Of a DNA stretch of 64,000 nt, positions 29,471-43,806 are shown piece after piece. Positions within the stretch are counted from its first letter, which is position 1; each line of letters starts with the position of its first letter. The translations under genes and the position numbers were made by a program. The notes beneath the pieces are model-generated. The model did no database searches. It had not been told where the DNA came from and saw nothing but the letters and a program-made list of their open reading frames with translations. The stretch is from the NCBI GenBank assembly GCA_951406725.2, contig OX597816.1, positions 56,668,001 through 56,732,000 on the forward strand. Reading direction: 5' to 3'. This stretch comes from Octopus vulgaris. Taxonomy: Eukaryota.

Positions 29471-29503
29471 CGCTTCTTTACTCATTGCTCGCTACCAAGC
29501 CTA
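28611..29503. repeat. Inverted repeat with ~120-155-bp arms, each containing a (CA/TG)n tract
   Basis: 28611-28729 vs 29348-29503. Confidence 0.9.
28938..29145 (+). mobile_element. Partial Tc1/mariner (Tigger-like) MITE
   Basis: TA|CAGTAATCCGTCGCTATATCGCGG start with repeated CACCTATCGCGG motifs. Confidence 0.6.
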
Positions 29504-29607
29504 GTATATGCACTCTGCTTGCACCTCTTGCGTTAATTCTGAATTTTTCTCGCTTACATTCTCACTCTCTCTCCCAGTCTCTCTCTCTCTCAGTCTCCTC
29601 TTTCTCC

Positions 29608-29672
<65 letters not shown>

Positions 29673-30102
29673 CATATATACCAGGTGAAGCTTGATCGAA
29701 GAAACCAACCAACCAACCAACATTTATATCAGTTATTGCTATCCAGAAATTATCTATATATCTATCTCTACGTAGCGAAAATCGAAAACTCTCCTTCTAC
29801 GAGTATCTTAGCGCTGTCCTTCAAAGCATTCCTAAAACAATGGCTGTGCCATGACACAGTAAACAGATTCTTAAAATGTAATCTTTATGTTACACCGTAT
29901 ATACTCCTATATATTCCAGGTTCATCAGTTTATTTTATCACAAGTTACATTTTCTCCATTTTCCATGAAAGTTTTCACAAATTTCTTGTTACAATGCATT
30001 CATTCCATATTCAGAAGAAAGGGACCAGAAATATTTTACGTTTGCGCATTATTTAGTTCTTTTATATTTTTATTTTTATGTTGAATAGATAGATAGGTAG
30101 AT

Positions 30103-30843
<741 letters not shown>

Positions 30844-30918
30844 CAGATAGATAGATAGATGGATGGATAGATAGACAGACAGACAGATAGATAGACAGAC
30901 AGACTGACAGACATATAG

Positions 30919-30957
<39 letters not shown>

Positions 30958-30963
30958 TGGATG

Positions 30964-30999
<36 letters not shown>

Positions 31000-31021
31000 T
31001 GGATGGATGGATGGATGGATG

Positions 31022-31089
<68 letters not shown>

Positions 31090-31840
31090 TGACTGGCTTC
31101 TGTCAGTTTCCGTCTAGCCAATTCATTCACAATACGTTGGTCGATCCGAAGCCTTGGTGAAAGACTCCCAAAGCGCCATTTGGTTGGTAAGCAATCTCTT
31201 TACCAGCCACACAGCCTTACTACAACATCGTCTGTAAATGCTTCTTTTTACTCTCAAGTTACTCCAGTAACTTTCTCTGCTATAAGTTTTTGTCATTTAT
31301 TTATTTATTTATTTATTTACTTTGTTATTTCTTTCTTTTATTCGTGTGTCCTAGGACTGGTCAATTTCCATGGCAATATATAATTGACCGACATCACAAC
31401 ATTCTCCCGTCAACGGACTAGTTCGCTGCAGAGGTCTAGCCCGGCGATTCTGAGGAGAGAAATCTGTCACATCGACCTTACTACATGACTGGGACTTTAT
31501 TTTATCGACCCCGAATGGATGAAAGGCAAAGCTGACCTCGGTAGATTTGAACTCAGAACGTAAATAGTCAGAAGAAACGTCGCTAAGTATTTTGTCCGAC
31601 GCACTAACGATTCAACCACCTCACCGTCTTGTATCACTTATTACCAGTGTTATTATCTATGAGTAGTTACTTCTCATCCCAGTGCACTAGCTTTTTACTT
31701 CATTCTTGTGATTAAACTCAACAGTGAGGCTTTGTCTTACCTTCGCCTCCTCTTGTTAACGTGACGCTACTCAGCAAATTATAAACAAATATGGCTACCG
31801 TCTCTCTGCTGCTGAACCTTCTATTACTTTTATATTAGTA

Positions 31841-32234
31841 CTAGCAGTATCGCCCGGCGTTGCTCGGGTTTGTAAGGGAAATAACTATAAAGTATTTTTA
31901 GAGAGTTATAACCAAAAAATAGCAAAAAAATGCATTAAAAATGGAAAAAAATGATGGTAATTTTTTTTTAATCGTTGACTCATCGTAGACATTTTTAGAG
32001 AGTTACTTCCCTTATATAATAGTGAAAAAATGCATCAAAATGGGAAAAAAATGATGGTAAATTTTTTTTTAAATCTTAGACTCATCGTAGACGCGCGCTA
32101 ATACCCAGAAGGGCTCGATATGAATCACGACTATAAGATACTCGGTTTTGGTTAAACTGCACCGCAAAATGTGGGAGTAGTTAGGAATCTAAATCGTAGG
32201 AGACAGACACACAACTTCACTTTTATATATAAAG
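31841..32234 (-). mobile_element. Non-autonomous Helitron H1 with an internal tandem duplication
   Basis: Reverse complement of 4903-5196. Confidence 0.85.
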
Positions 32235-32412
32235 TATATCCTGTTGTTCCTTATGGGTTCTTGCATTTTGATTTAATGTTCTACAATAGGTTAACGTTAA
32301 AGAGGGTAGGGAAATGCGATTTTCTTTCTCTGATTTGCAAAACCCTAGATATTTCGGGCAAATATTCGGGTTACAAACGTTGGGCAAAAACTGGATGATT
32401 ACTGTGGTTGTG

Positions 32413-32797
32413 GTGGAGGCGCAATGGCCCAGTGGTTAGGGCAGCGGACTCGCGGTCATAGGATCGCGGTTTCGATTCCCAGACCGGGCGTTGTGAGTGT
32501 TTATTGAGAGCGAAAACACCTAAAGCTCCACGAGGCTCCGGCAGGGATGGTGGTGATCTCTGCTGTGCTCTTTCACCACAACTTTCTCTCACTCTTACTT
32601 CCTGTTTCTGTTGTACCTGTATTTCAAAGGGCCGGCCTTGTCACTTTCTGTGTCACGCTGAATATCCCCGAGAACTACGTTAAGGGTACACGTGTCTGTG
32701 GAGTGCTCAACCACTTACACGTTAATTTCACGAGCAGGCTGTTCCGTTGATTCGGATCAACCAGAACCCTCGTCGTCGTAACCGACGGAGTGCTTCC
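32413..32797 (+). mobile_element. Full-length tRNA-derived SINE (head 1 + tail B) with a 12-bp TSD
   Basis: A and B boxes are present. TSD ACTGTGGTTGTG at 32401-32412 and 32798-32809. Confidence 0.95.
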
Positions 32798-33903
32798 ACT
32801 GTGGTTGTGAATCCAGGCTTCGTTAGAAATGCTGTTCAAAATTCACCTGGGATTCCTGTTAGATGATGGTCTTCTGGAAGTTCTTCATCTCAAATGAAAT
32901 AAGCTTGAGGCCGAAATTATGAGTTTTAAGGTCAAATATTTCATTTAACCATATTAAGAGGAATCAGCTGGTTTAGGACTGGCCAAAACGGTGAGGTAAA
33001 TTGTCACAGTATTTGGGTGGTCAGTGAAATCGTTGAAAGCTGACTGGAAAGCAGTTGAGATCTTTTTATTGGTTTCACCGTGAAATCTTTATTCCTGTCC
33101 TGAATCAGATTTTCTGTTTTGTTGCGCTTCCTGCAACTAGAGCGACCTCTGGGCGTGGATGTTTTCTCGGCATCGGATGATCCAGAATCATTTATAGAAT
33201 TCCATGAGACACTGCAAGCTATGTTGGATGTTACACAACACCAAAGTATTGTTCGCATGACTTATTCGAGATGACTGACGTTTTCGAAACACCCTACTTT
33301 TCGAATTTCTCTCTTGGCAACACTTTTTTTCATCCCTAATGTTAAAATCTACCGTATTAAAATTTGTTAAAATTTGCGGATTTCAGATGAGAAAATGAAA
33401 AAAAAAAAACAGAAGTGGAGAAAAGTTCGCAATTACAGTTGCTAACGATTCTTGAAACCAGACTGCAGATTTTCTAAAACAGCAAAACAAAAAAAAACAA
33501 AAAACAAGCTTAAAGGAGGAAAATTCTGGAATAAATTTTTAGTAATCCAGTTACTTTGCATTGTTTTGTTCTACACAGACTTACATACATACACGCATGT
33601 ATATATATATATATATATAAATGTATGTATGTATGCATGTATGTATGTATACACACACACACACAGAACAGCTGTTGGATTTGTAATTCTTTTCCTTCAC
33701 CCCTTTAATTTCTTTTAATTTTCTTTAAGTTGATCCTTTTTATATTAATACATAATACATTTCATGTTTTTAATATACTCTATGTATTGATCTGTCTAAT
33801 TTGCTGATCCCTACATTCACTTCTATATATATATATGAATGTGTATATATGCATGCATACATATATATATGTATGTGTATATATATACATATATGTATAT
33901 ATG

Positions 33904-33936
<33 letters not shown>

Positions 33937-33978
33937 ATATACACACATACACACATACACACACACGCACACACACTC

Positions 33979-34086
<108 letters not shown>

Positions 34087-34297
34087 TCATATACGTATAT
34101 ATGTGTGTGTATAAGGGGCATAGAATGGATCTATACGTGGAAAAGAGAGACGGAGAGGGAGACTAAATCTTTTGTTGAAGCGGCCATGGAATGCTCATTA
34201 CCGAAGCTGATGGAAGATCGATTTACTTTATACGCATGCGTGTGTCTGTGTGTGCATGTAATACATTGTAATACATACACACACACACTACATACAT

Positions 34298-34337
<40 letters not shown>

Positions 34338-34654
34338 ACATACATACATACATACATACATACATACATACATACATACATACATACATACATACATACA
34401 TAGACACTGACCATAGCGATACCACGAATGGAATATCAATTTAGCCAGCAGCAGCAGCAGCATTGATACATTGCTGCTGATGTTGGCAAAATGTGCTGAC
34501 GAAAATTGCAGAATTCTTGTTCAATAGTCTTTTTCTTTGGCCAGAAAATTCCAACTTTTTCAGATATCTTTTATGTAATCAATAAAATATCCAGCTGCAA
34601 CAATAATTACTGGTGCAAGGGTTAATTTGGAATCAAATTTAAGATTGTCTAGAG

Positions 34655-34873
34655 CAGTGCTTTTCAAAAATTTTGCTGAAGCGGAACCCCAAGGAAACAT
34701 TCCACTGGCTCGTGGAACCCCTGTGCAATAATTTAATAGTCTTATGCACACATATCTGCATAGGAAAATTAAAAAATACTGTCGATTTTAGCAGTTTTGT
34801 AACTTCTTGCGGAACCCCTAGACTGTACTGGCGGAACCCTAAGGTTCCACGGAACCCTGGTTGGAAACCACTG
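34655..34873. mobile_element. hAT (Charlie-like) MITE
   Basis: CAGTG...CACTG TIRs, 8-bp TSD GTCTAGAG on both sides, repeated GGAACCC motifs. Confidence 0.92.
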
Positions 34874-34915
34874 GTCTAGAGTATAGATTCTAAATTATGA
34901 AACAAACTTTTCCAT

Positions 34916-35143
34916 TATTTACATTATTTACATTTGACAGATATTTGTCCTCATCTTGTTTGTTGTTAAACACAGCGTTTCGGTTGATATACCCTCCAGC
35001 CTTCATCAGGTGTTTTACGGAAATTTCGAACGTGGGTTCTCATTCCTAAGGAATTTTTCGATGATGTTGTTGTTGTTATTACTACTACTACTACTACTAC
35101 TACTACTATTATTCAAATCACTGCCAGGAATCGAATATAGAAC
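34916..35143 (-). mobile_element. Hammerhead-containing SINE-like element, 5'-truncated copy
   Basis: Homologous to 52614-52951. Minimal HHR at 34968-35015 with stem I AAACAC/GTGTTT. Confidence 0.8.
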
Positions 35144-35935
35144 TGTACAAATATGTTTCTCCTACATGTTGGATATCTAAGATTCCTTTTAACCTGGTAA
35201 CTGTCTATTCTATAACCAAACTGCAAAAGAAAATAGCAAAAAGATGATGAATGTCTTTTTTATTGTAATCCTTCTCCTTCGAATGGCTGCGGCCGAGAAG
35301 CTTCTTTCAATGCTGGTTCAGAGACCTCCGTCTTCCGTTAGCTTGGTAGATCTTCAAACTTCTTCTTGTGTGTCTCTGTTAATAGCATCAACATCTTTGA
35401 GGAGCCTTCGTCCTTTATTACAGAAGTCTCCAAAATATAACATCTAACATAACGTGATAGCAGCATGCAGCAAAGCCTACCCTCTGTTGGGCTTTAATAA
35501 TAAAAGGGACAGGTGGAATGTGTCTATGAGTCACCTAGTCGGTCTTGTGATGTATGCCTGGCGATATATTTGAATCCTCATGCGGAGCCTGAAATCCATT
35601 GTGTAATCATTCATCCTTGACAACTTAAGAAATTCTTGCTGATATTTTCGTCATTCTAGACAAAAGTATTATAGTCAACTTATAAATTATGTAGTCAGCT
35701 TCTTTGTCCAGAGATCACAAATCAATCATATCATGATTGGTTGCTCCAACAAAGCTGGACGTGTATTCTGAATATTGTGTTTATGAATAAGACCTTAACA
35801 GTAACCTATCTTTCTTTTAAGTATGTCTCTACATATTTTCTATAGAATTTTGATCCAGCTTTGAAATTTACGTCGTTTTGGATACGAATACTCCTATGTA
35901 AACAATACAGTCAAAGACAGCAAAAATAGATGATA

Positions 35936-35980
35936 GGTGTATATGGATATTTTAAGAGCGCTTGCTCCTTCGTCAGCACC
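35936..35980 (-). ncRNA. Type-I hammerhead motif (G12>A)
   Basis: GGTG CTGACGA AGGAGC-aagc-GCTCTT AAAA TAT-cc-ATAT A CACC. Confidence 0.65.
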
Positions 35981-36296
35981 ACATCAAATTCATTAACCAT
36001 CCACAAACCTATTGCTTAAAAAGCGACTAAATTTAGCGGTTTAACACTATTGGATAGACCAGTTTACATACTAAGCACATTCCTGGTAGCTGGAATATAT
36101 ATATATATACGCAATGCATTTCGGTAACAAATTGCTTACTCGGAACAAAAATTCAGTATTGAACTATTCCGGGGAAAAATATAAATTTAAAATTGAGGAT
36201 AAAATCTTTATAAGAAATTATCAGTAGTTAGTGTGAAAAACCTCGTAAGAGAAAAAATCCGTAAATTTTTCCACTTTGAAAATATTTATTTATATT

Positions 36297-36360
36297 GTTG
36301 CACTGATGAGCATAGAATGCATATTCTGCATTAATTGCGAAATCACGGGTGATATGTAAC
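36297..36360 (+). ncRNA. Type-I hammerhead ribozyme with intact core
   Basis: GTTGCA CTGATGA GCA...TGC GAAA TCAC-gg-GTGAT A TGTAAC. Predicted cleavage after 36354. Confidence 0.8.
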
Positions 36361-36590
36361 TAAATTCTTTTTTAAATGACTTGCTTTGAATTTTTGCATT
36401 CGGTACAATTTGTTTATTTTAGTAGTTTTGACCGCAAGGGTCCCTCCTAGCGTGCGGTATCTATGAATAGTAGTACCCTCTATATAATATAAATTTTCAA
36501 AGTGGAAAAATTTACGGATTTTTTTCTCTTACGAGGTTTTTCACGCTAGCTACTGATAATTTCTTATAAAGATTTTATCCTCAATTTTAA

Positions 36591-36653
<63 letters not shown>

Positions 36654-36947
36654 GAACAACCAGATCAAACCATCTCAAGTGTAGCTGTCCGAAATGGTCG
36701 TGACTTCTGGTACTTGACTGATGAAAGAACGCCAAGAATGACCCGTCTTTTTTTACTTGTCCTTGTAATTGTTTCTCTTGTCCTCCTTTGTGTCGTCTAT
36801 CTGTCCGAACCTTTTAATGTCCTCTATTGCGTTTTTGTTCCATTTATATATACATACACGAATTACTTGTAGGGACACCGTATTTCGTTTGGCAACCTAA
36901 ATATACTACCAAGTATACTAAAGGTGGATGGTTAATGGGTTGGATAT

Positions 36948-36992
36948 GGCGCTGAAGAAGGCGCAATAAATCCTGAAATGTATATGTACACC
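36948..36992 (+). ncRNA. Type-I hammerhead motif with decayed stems
   Basis: GGCG CTGAAGA AGG...CCT GAAA TGTATATGT A CACC. It is the inverted homolog of 35936-35980. Confidence 0.65.
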
Positions 36993-37429
36993 CATTACCC
37001 ATTTTTCTATCTTCGATTGCATTGTTTATACAGATGTTTCAATGCTGGCTCTAAATTCTGTTGAAGATCTGTAGAAATATACTTAAAAATGAAAATAACG
37101 CACTGCTAACACAGAAAGAAGAAGATAGTTATTGACTTATATATCTTTAGCATATTTGATTGTACATTATGGTTGCAAAATAAAATACGGTGTCCCTACC
37201 AGCAATTAATAACCAATCAACGTCTTCATTCTTTTCTCTTCTCCTTTTATCGCAATGACGTTTAATCATCAGCTGACACCCGGGACAGTAAACGTGTGTA
37301 TGTTTGATAATCCCAAATAACAATATCAACTCGGTTGTTTTTTTAATATTTGGTCCCTGAATTCTATGAGTAAATTCCGGGTTTATTCTTTTAATTCATC
37401 ACCTACAATATGTGTGTGCAGCTCATTTT

Positions 37430-37820
37430 AAACTTGTTTCAGTCATTAAAGTGCGGCCATGCTGGGGTACCGTCTTGAAGAAATTTCAGTCCAATAAACC
37501 GATCCCAGTATTTTCTGCTTTTCTCAAAACCTGACACTTATCCTATCGGCTTCTTTTGCCGCACCGCTAAGTTATGGCGACATTAACACACTAATACTGG
37601 TTGTCAAGCGGTGGATGTGGGGGAACAAATTCCTCCCCTCCCCCTAACACACACATACACGTCTACATACATATATTATTTATATGAGGGGATTCTTTCA
37701 GTTTTCGTCAACCAAATCCACTCACAAAGCTTTGGTCAGCCCGAAGTCCCATACAATGGGACCGAACCCGGAACTATTTGGTTGGGAAGCAAGTTTCTTA
37801 CCACACATCAAGCCTGCACC
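37430..37820 (-). mobile_element. Diverged CORE-type SINE family A
   Basis: Homology to 46228-46601. Confidence 0.8.
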
Positions 37821-38014
37821 TATGTTATGTTTTTTCATTTTATTTATAACAGCAACGATATCATGTCTTACAAATGGGAGAGATTCTAGGACATTGCCGT
37901 GTAGTTGCCATTGATGAGGAGAATAACTTTACTGTTTCTATAGCAGGCAGATGGCGTCAGTAGGTTATCTATTATCAAACACATTTATATTCATACGTTA
38001 ACCAGAGAAGAATG

Positions 38015-38165
38015 TAGAAGAAGAATAATAAGAAGAAGAAGAAAAAGAAAAAGAAAAAGAAAAAGAAGAAAAAGAAGAAGAAGAAGAAGAAGAAGAAGAA
38101 GAAGAAGAAGAAGAAGAAGAAGAAGAAGAAGAAGAAGAAGAAGAAGAAGAAGAAGAAGAAGAAGG
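38015..38165. repeat. (GAA)n polypurine tract
   Basis: Direct reading of the sequence. Confidence 0.95.
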
Positions 38166-38390
38166 TAAAATCACGTGAATGGAAAAGATGAAACGGAAAT
38201 ATGAAAATGAAGGAATGAGAGAAGAATAAAATGTGGAAAGAAATAAGTCGAGGCGGGAGGAGAGAGGAGTAAGGAAAGGTAGGTGTGTGTGGTTGTGTGT
38301 ACTTTTGCGTGTGCGTGTGTGTATGTGTGTGTGTGTACGTGTATACGGCGTGCGTGCACCGTGCTGACATGAAACACGTGTTTTTATCTG

Positions 38391-38404
38391 GTTACTATGG
38401 CAAC
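38391..38404. promoter_or_regulatory. RFX X-box candidate GTTACTATGGCAAC
   Basis: Matches the palindromic X-box consensus GTTNCYATRGNAAC. E-box CACGTG at 38375-38380. Confidence 0.5.
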
Positions 38405-38706
38405 AAAATATCCGTCAGTAGGGATGGCTGTATATAGAGCATGTGTCCATTGTTGTGGGGTAAACCTAAACTGACCGTTGTTATTGTTGTTGCTGTTGCT
38501 GCTGCTGCTGCTGTTGTTGTTGTTGTTGCTGCTGTTATTGATGGTGTGTTTCTCCATGTCGATTCTACTCCAGTGGCCAAAAAACTCGCTATCTTCCACC
38601 GATCTATCCTTGCCCACCCTTTAGCAATTAATCTCTTCCACACTCTCATATGTTTTTCTTAATCTTTTTAGCCAGGGAAACAGGTAGTACCCATGACTCG
38701 TTATTG

Positions 38707-39052
38707 CAGTAGTTCTCAACCGGGGTCCATAGAAGTGTTTTGTTGGGGTACACGCAAGCTAAATAGAAAATAGGGGATCCGCAGTGGCACTTTAAGGGTC
38801 CATGAAAAACGTTTGCTTTCGATGTGTTCATTGCAAGAAGCAACTAGGTTCCCCTCGCTAATGTTCTCACGGGGACAGTTCCCTTGCAAAACGATTCAAG
38901 TGAACATGAGGAAAGCAAATAGGGATTTTGATCGAAGTGTTTATAAAACTAGTTTTTAATCATTGAATGGCTATGGTGGAGAGGGGGGGAACCAGAAGAC
39001 AGTCAAGGGGGTCCATAGGTTAAAGAAGAAAAAAAACGGCTAAGAACCATTG
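38707..39052. mobile_element. Older hAT-like MITE
   Basis: CAGTAGTTCTCAACC...GCTAAGAACCATTG ends with repeated GGGGTCCAT motifs. Confidence 0.7.
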
Positions 39053-39154
39053 ATTTACAGGTCTCGTGAGACAAGAGGGAGAAAGAGAAGAGAGGGGGAA
39101 GAGACAGATAGACAGACAGTCGGACGGACGGACAGACAGACCGGAAACCTGTTG

Positions 39155-39552
39155 TGTGATAAGAAGCGTGCTTCCCAATCGCATGGCTCTGGGGTTCAAA
39201 CCCACTGCGTGGCGCCTTGAGCAAGTGTCTTTTACTATAGCCTTGGGCCGACCAAAGCCTTGTGAGTGGATCAGGTGGACGGAAACTGAAAGAAGCCCGT
39301 TGTACATAAGGGGGAAAACGTGCAGTGTGTGCGCGCGCGCGTGTTTCTGTATGTGTTCTGTCTCACACCACCGCTTCATAACCGGTGTTGGTGTATTTAC
39401 ATAAATATAACTTAGTGGTTCGGCGAAAGCCACCGATAGACTAAGTACAAGGCTTAAAAAATAAGTCCTAGAGTCGATTCGACTGAAAATTCTTCGAGGT
39501 CGTGCTCCAGCATGGCCACAGTCTAATACCTGAAACAAGTAAAAGAGTAAAA
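39155..39552 (+). mobile_element. CORE-type SINE family A
   Basis: Homology to 46228-46601. Confidence 0.85.
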
Positions 39553-39715
39553 GATCCAAGTTATGAATCGTTGGTTTCCTTGAGAACCATATTGCGCATT
39601 GTGTCAAGCAGTAACTGTAGCTTAGGCGTGAAGCTCTTCTCGCTCTCTCACTTTTTCATATCTCTCTCCTCTCTCTATCCCTTTTTCTTCCTCCATCTCT
39701 TTCCATTTCTCTCTT

Positions 39716-39757
<42 letters not shown>

Positions 39758-39874
39758 CCCCTGTCTCTCTCTCTCACTAACTCTCTCTCTTTGTCTCTCT
39801 TCCCTCTCTCCTTATCGCTCTCTTTCTCTCTCTACCTGTCTTTCTATCCCCCTAACTCTTTCTTTCCCCTCCCC

Positions 39875-39934
<60 letters not shown>

Positions 39935-40439
39935 CCCCCTCTCTATCTCCCTCCTATCACCCTGTCTATTTCTCTATCTATCTAACTATTGACCACATCC
40001 TACAATCCCTGTATCGCTGGCCGAACAAGCTGTGACGGACAGATATAGAACAGCAGCCACCTCTTACAAACAATATCGTTCTTTGTTGGTGAATGTCGGT
40101 GGCGAAAAAAATAGACGGGAAATGTTGATGCGTTGCCAATTAACTTCAGTTGTTAATTAACTGCTGATGCTGTTAATCTTTCAGTTCTGGTTTTGTGTTG
40201 ATCGAGATATAAACCCCCAAAGGGACCAACCCGTCGCCATATCTTGATTCACCGCTTCAATCATTTCGGTTTATTTATGTCGTTAACATCTTTGCAAAAG
40301 GCTTGAAAGTTACGTGCCTTCGTCTATTGACCTCTGTATCTTAAAGCTCGTCCAATACGAAATCAAGAACTTAATTGCCCCCTCCATCCGCCCCTCCGCC
40401 CCACTTGACCAACATTGATAACAATACTTTGTTTTCATC

Positions 40440-41550
40440 TTTGACGTGTTGGTCACAGGAGTAGTGGTGACAGAAAGTAGTTAGTTGATGTACAACAGGA
40501 AAGTGTGGGAGACAAGACCAAACCCTGCGACACACCAGATTTGACAGAGTCGGGTTAGAGAGTTAGTTGGTTAGTTGTTAATTATTTGGCTCAAAAAGCA
40601 AAAAGCAAGGCCATGTAGGGGGACATGGAGTTATGTACAGGATGGTGTTCATGTAAAGAGTTCAGGCCACTTGTGGTCAAGGGAGACTTTGAACCGAGCG
40701 GTCGTCGGCATCTTTACTATCTCGTCCGGCAGCTTATTCCACGGATCCGCAACCCGGACGGAGAAAGCCCCTCTCCTTCGATTGAGATGAAATCGTCGCA
40801 GACAGAGCTTTTCGGAGTGACCCCGCAGCCGACGTTCTGGAGCAGGAGTGAAGAACAGCTCTTTCGAGAGGTTACACTTTCCGCTTATGATGCTGTGAGC
40901 AATAATGAGATCACCACGGCGTCGTCGTTTTTCTAGAAAATAAAGGTCGAGCGTCTTCAGCCTTTCTTCATAAAACAAATGCTTGAAACCATAAGACAAA
41001 TGCTTGAGAGTGCTCGTACAGAACACCAATGATCCAAGAGACAAGGAAGAGAGTAAAGGTCCACTGGTGAATGACATGGATCTGTATTTATGAAAACCGT
41101 ATCATGAAGAGTGGGAAATACATGTGCACTTATACGGTCTTTCAGAGTGAAATATGAAGAGAGAATGTAGCCTCGACACCAGAGAAAGACTAACGAAAAG
41201 GGTCGAAAGATTTGTGTTTTAGAGACACGAACAGGATATTTGGGTTGTACGTGTTTGTAAGAAATGTTACGTGAGGTCTGAGTTAAATCAGAATTCCTTG
41301 ATTTAAGAATAATACTAAGAAGAAGGAGTGTCTTGCGGATTAACAATAAGAGGAGTGTACAAGGATTTCATTTGTTTTGGATATGATATGAGGTCATGTT
41401 GATCTGCAAAACACTTCCTGTCTGAATGCCTGTGAAACTGGGGCAACACAATTAGAGGAGTCAAGTGGTCACGTAGTACTATTAAAACAGGGACGAAGGT
41501 GATGTGTTAGTCAGGCAAATGCGGTGTCTTACGGTTTAAACCAGTGGCCC
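40440..41550 (-). mobile_element. Old LINE reverse transcriptase relic
   Basis: Minus 40480-40550 translates, with one frameshift, as SGVSQGLVLSPTL..LYIN (the RT GVPQG motif). The extent is approximate. Confidence 0.5.
40560..40998 (-). mobile_element. CR1-type LINE 3' end inserted in the older relic
   Basis: YEERLKTLDL..LEKRRRRGDLI...LRGH...FSVRVADPWNKLP, with a (TAAC)n-like tail. Confidence 0.9.
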
Positions 41551-41636
41551 CGATCCACTTATTGCCCATGGTTGCCTATTTTGCTCTGGTGGACCCCTAT
41601 GTTACAAGATAAGACCTGTCGCATATATACATACGT

Positions 41637-41669
<33 letters not shown>

Positions 41670-41715
41670 TATACATACATACACACATACATGCATACAT
41701 ACATACATATATATG

Positions 41716-42007
41716 GGCGCAGGAGTGGCTGTGTGGTAAGAAGCTTGCTTCCCAACCACATGGTTCAGTGTTCAGTCCCACTGCGTGGCACTTTGAGCAA
41801 GTTTCTTCTACTATATCCTCGGGCCACCAAAGCCATGTGAGTGAATTTGGTATACGGAAACTGTAAGAAGTCCGTCGTATATATATGTATATGTGTATAT
41901 ATATATATATAAACATATATACATATATATATATACATATATATATATATGTATATATGTTTATATATGTTTATATATGTGTATATATGTATATTTATAT
42001 GTATATA

Positions 42008-42062
<55 letters not shown>

Positions 42063-42450
42063 AATTGTTAAAGAAGACAACAAACGTTAAGGCAAGGCAG
42101 GCATCTCAAGTTATATACATTATTATTGGAAAGTATTCAAAGTCTTGTAACTGTTTCTGGGATATCTCAGAGTATGGGATATTCCGTCACCAGAGACAAA
42201 TAGGGAATCCCTCAAAACTGTAACCTATAACTTTCTTCCTGTAAATTTCAACTATATGTTTGCTTCGCCCACCACCATCGCTTGACAACCGATGTTGGCG
42301 TGTTTATGTCCCCATAACTTAGTGATTCCGATGGAATAAGTGATTCCGATAGAATAAGTACTAGGCTTACAACGAATCCTGGGGTCGATTTATTCAACTA
42401 AAGGCAGTGCTCATGCATGGCATTCAAATGAGTGAAACAAACAAAAGAAA
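41716..42450 (+). mobile_element. SINE family A split at its internal microsatellite
   Basis: 5' half 41716-41880 and 3' half about 42255-42450; an HHR-like module lies between them. Confidence 0.8.
42142..42197 (-). ncRNA. Degenerate hammerhead motif
   Basis: GTCT CTGGTGA c GGAATATC...GATATCCC a GAAA cagttaca AGAC. Confidence 0.45.
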
Positions 42451-43048
42451 TACAATAAAAAATTTTTAATATATATATTGTGTGTATGTGTGTGTGTATT
42501 TGTGTGTCCGTGTTTGTTCCCCAACATCGCTTGAAAAATATAATTTTGAAAACCTTCGTTTTTGGAATCTCCACTTATAGAAATGGAAAAAACGGTCTTT
42601 GACTGCCATTTCTAATTCCTTCGGTATGAGGCGAAACAGCTCGCTGCTAGCCAATTTATTTTTCTTTACTATATACTGAACCTTACAAAGGTCTTGACAA
42701 TTATTTTGTCGTATTTACATACCGAAATTTACCGGTAAATAATTGTTGGTTACATGAAAAACCACAGGAAAATTATTTACCATTTTTATTGTATTACCAT
42801 GTGGATTCCTCATTCCATTACGATTACCCAGAAGGCGCGCATGGCAGAATTTTGGAGGGAAAATTTACGTTCCCAGTCGTTACTTGGTTTTAGCATCTGC
42901 GCACTTCCCCCCACTATCTGATGTCGCTGGGTCAGAAGTGAGGGCTGGTGGCATTTGATAAAGCTAACGAATATAGCGCTGAAGAAGGAATTCAAACTCC
43001 CCTTTTTTTATGTTTGTGACTGAATTCGTATATTTGTCACTCCGGTTT

Positions 43049-43116
<68 letters not shown>

Positions 43117-43400
43117 GATATATATGCCTACATATACATACATACATATATACATACATACATACATACATACATACATACATACATACATACATGTATA
43201 TATGTATGTGTGTGTGTGTGTGTGTGTGTGTATACAGTTCATCCCAGTTGAAATTCCGCCGAGGTCGACTTTGCCTTTCATCCTTTCGGGGTCGATAAAA
43301 TAAGTACCAGTTACGCACTAGGGTCGATGTAATTGACTTAATCCCTTTGCCTGTCCTTGTTTGTCCCCTCTCTGTGTTTAGCCCCCTGTGGGCACTAAAG

Positions 43401-43806
<406 letters not shown>

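Larger units (their letters stand above)
35812..37088. mobile_element. Nested Penelope-like inverted-repeat remnants
   Basis: Outer diverged arms 35812-36005/36922-37088 each carry an HHR. Inner near-identical arms are 36180-36285/36492-36596. Confidence 0.7.

Noticed and set aside
32413-32490. tRNA gene
   Set aside because: It is the head of a TSD-flanked SINE, and the acceptor stem does not close.
33004-33258. 84-aa unique-looking ORF
   Set aside because: It has no recognisable homology or convincing splice context.
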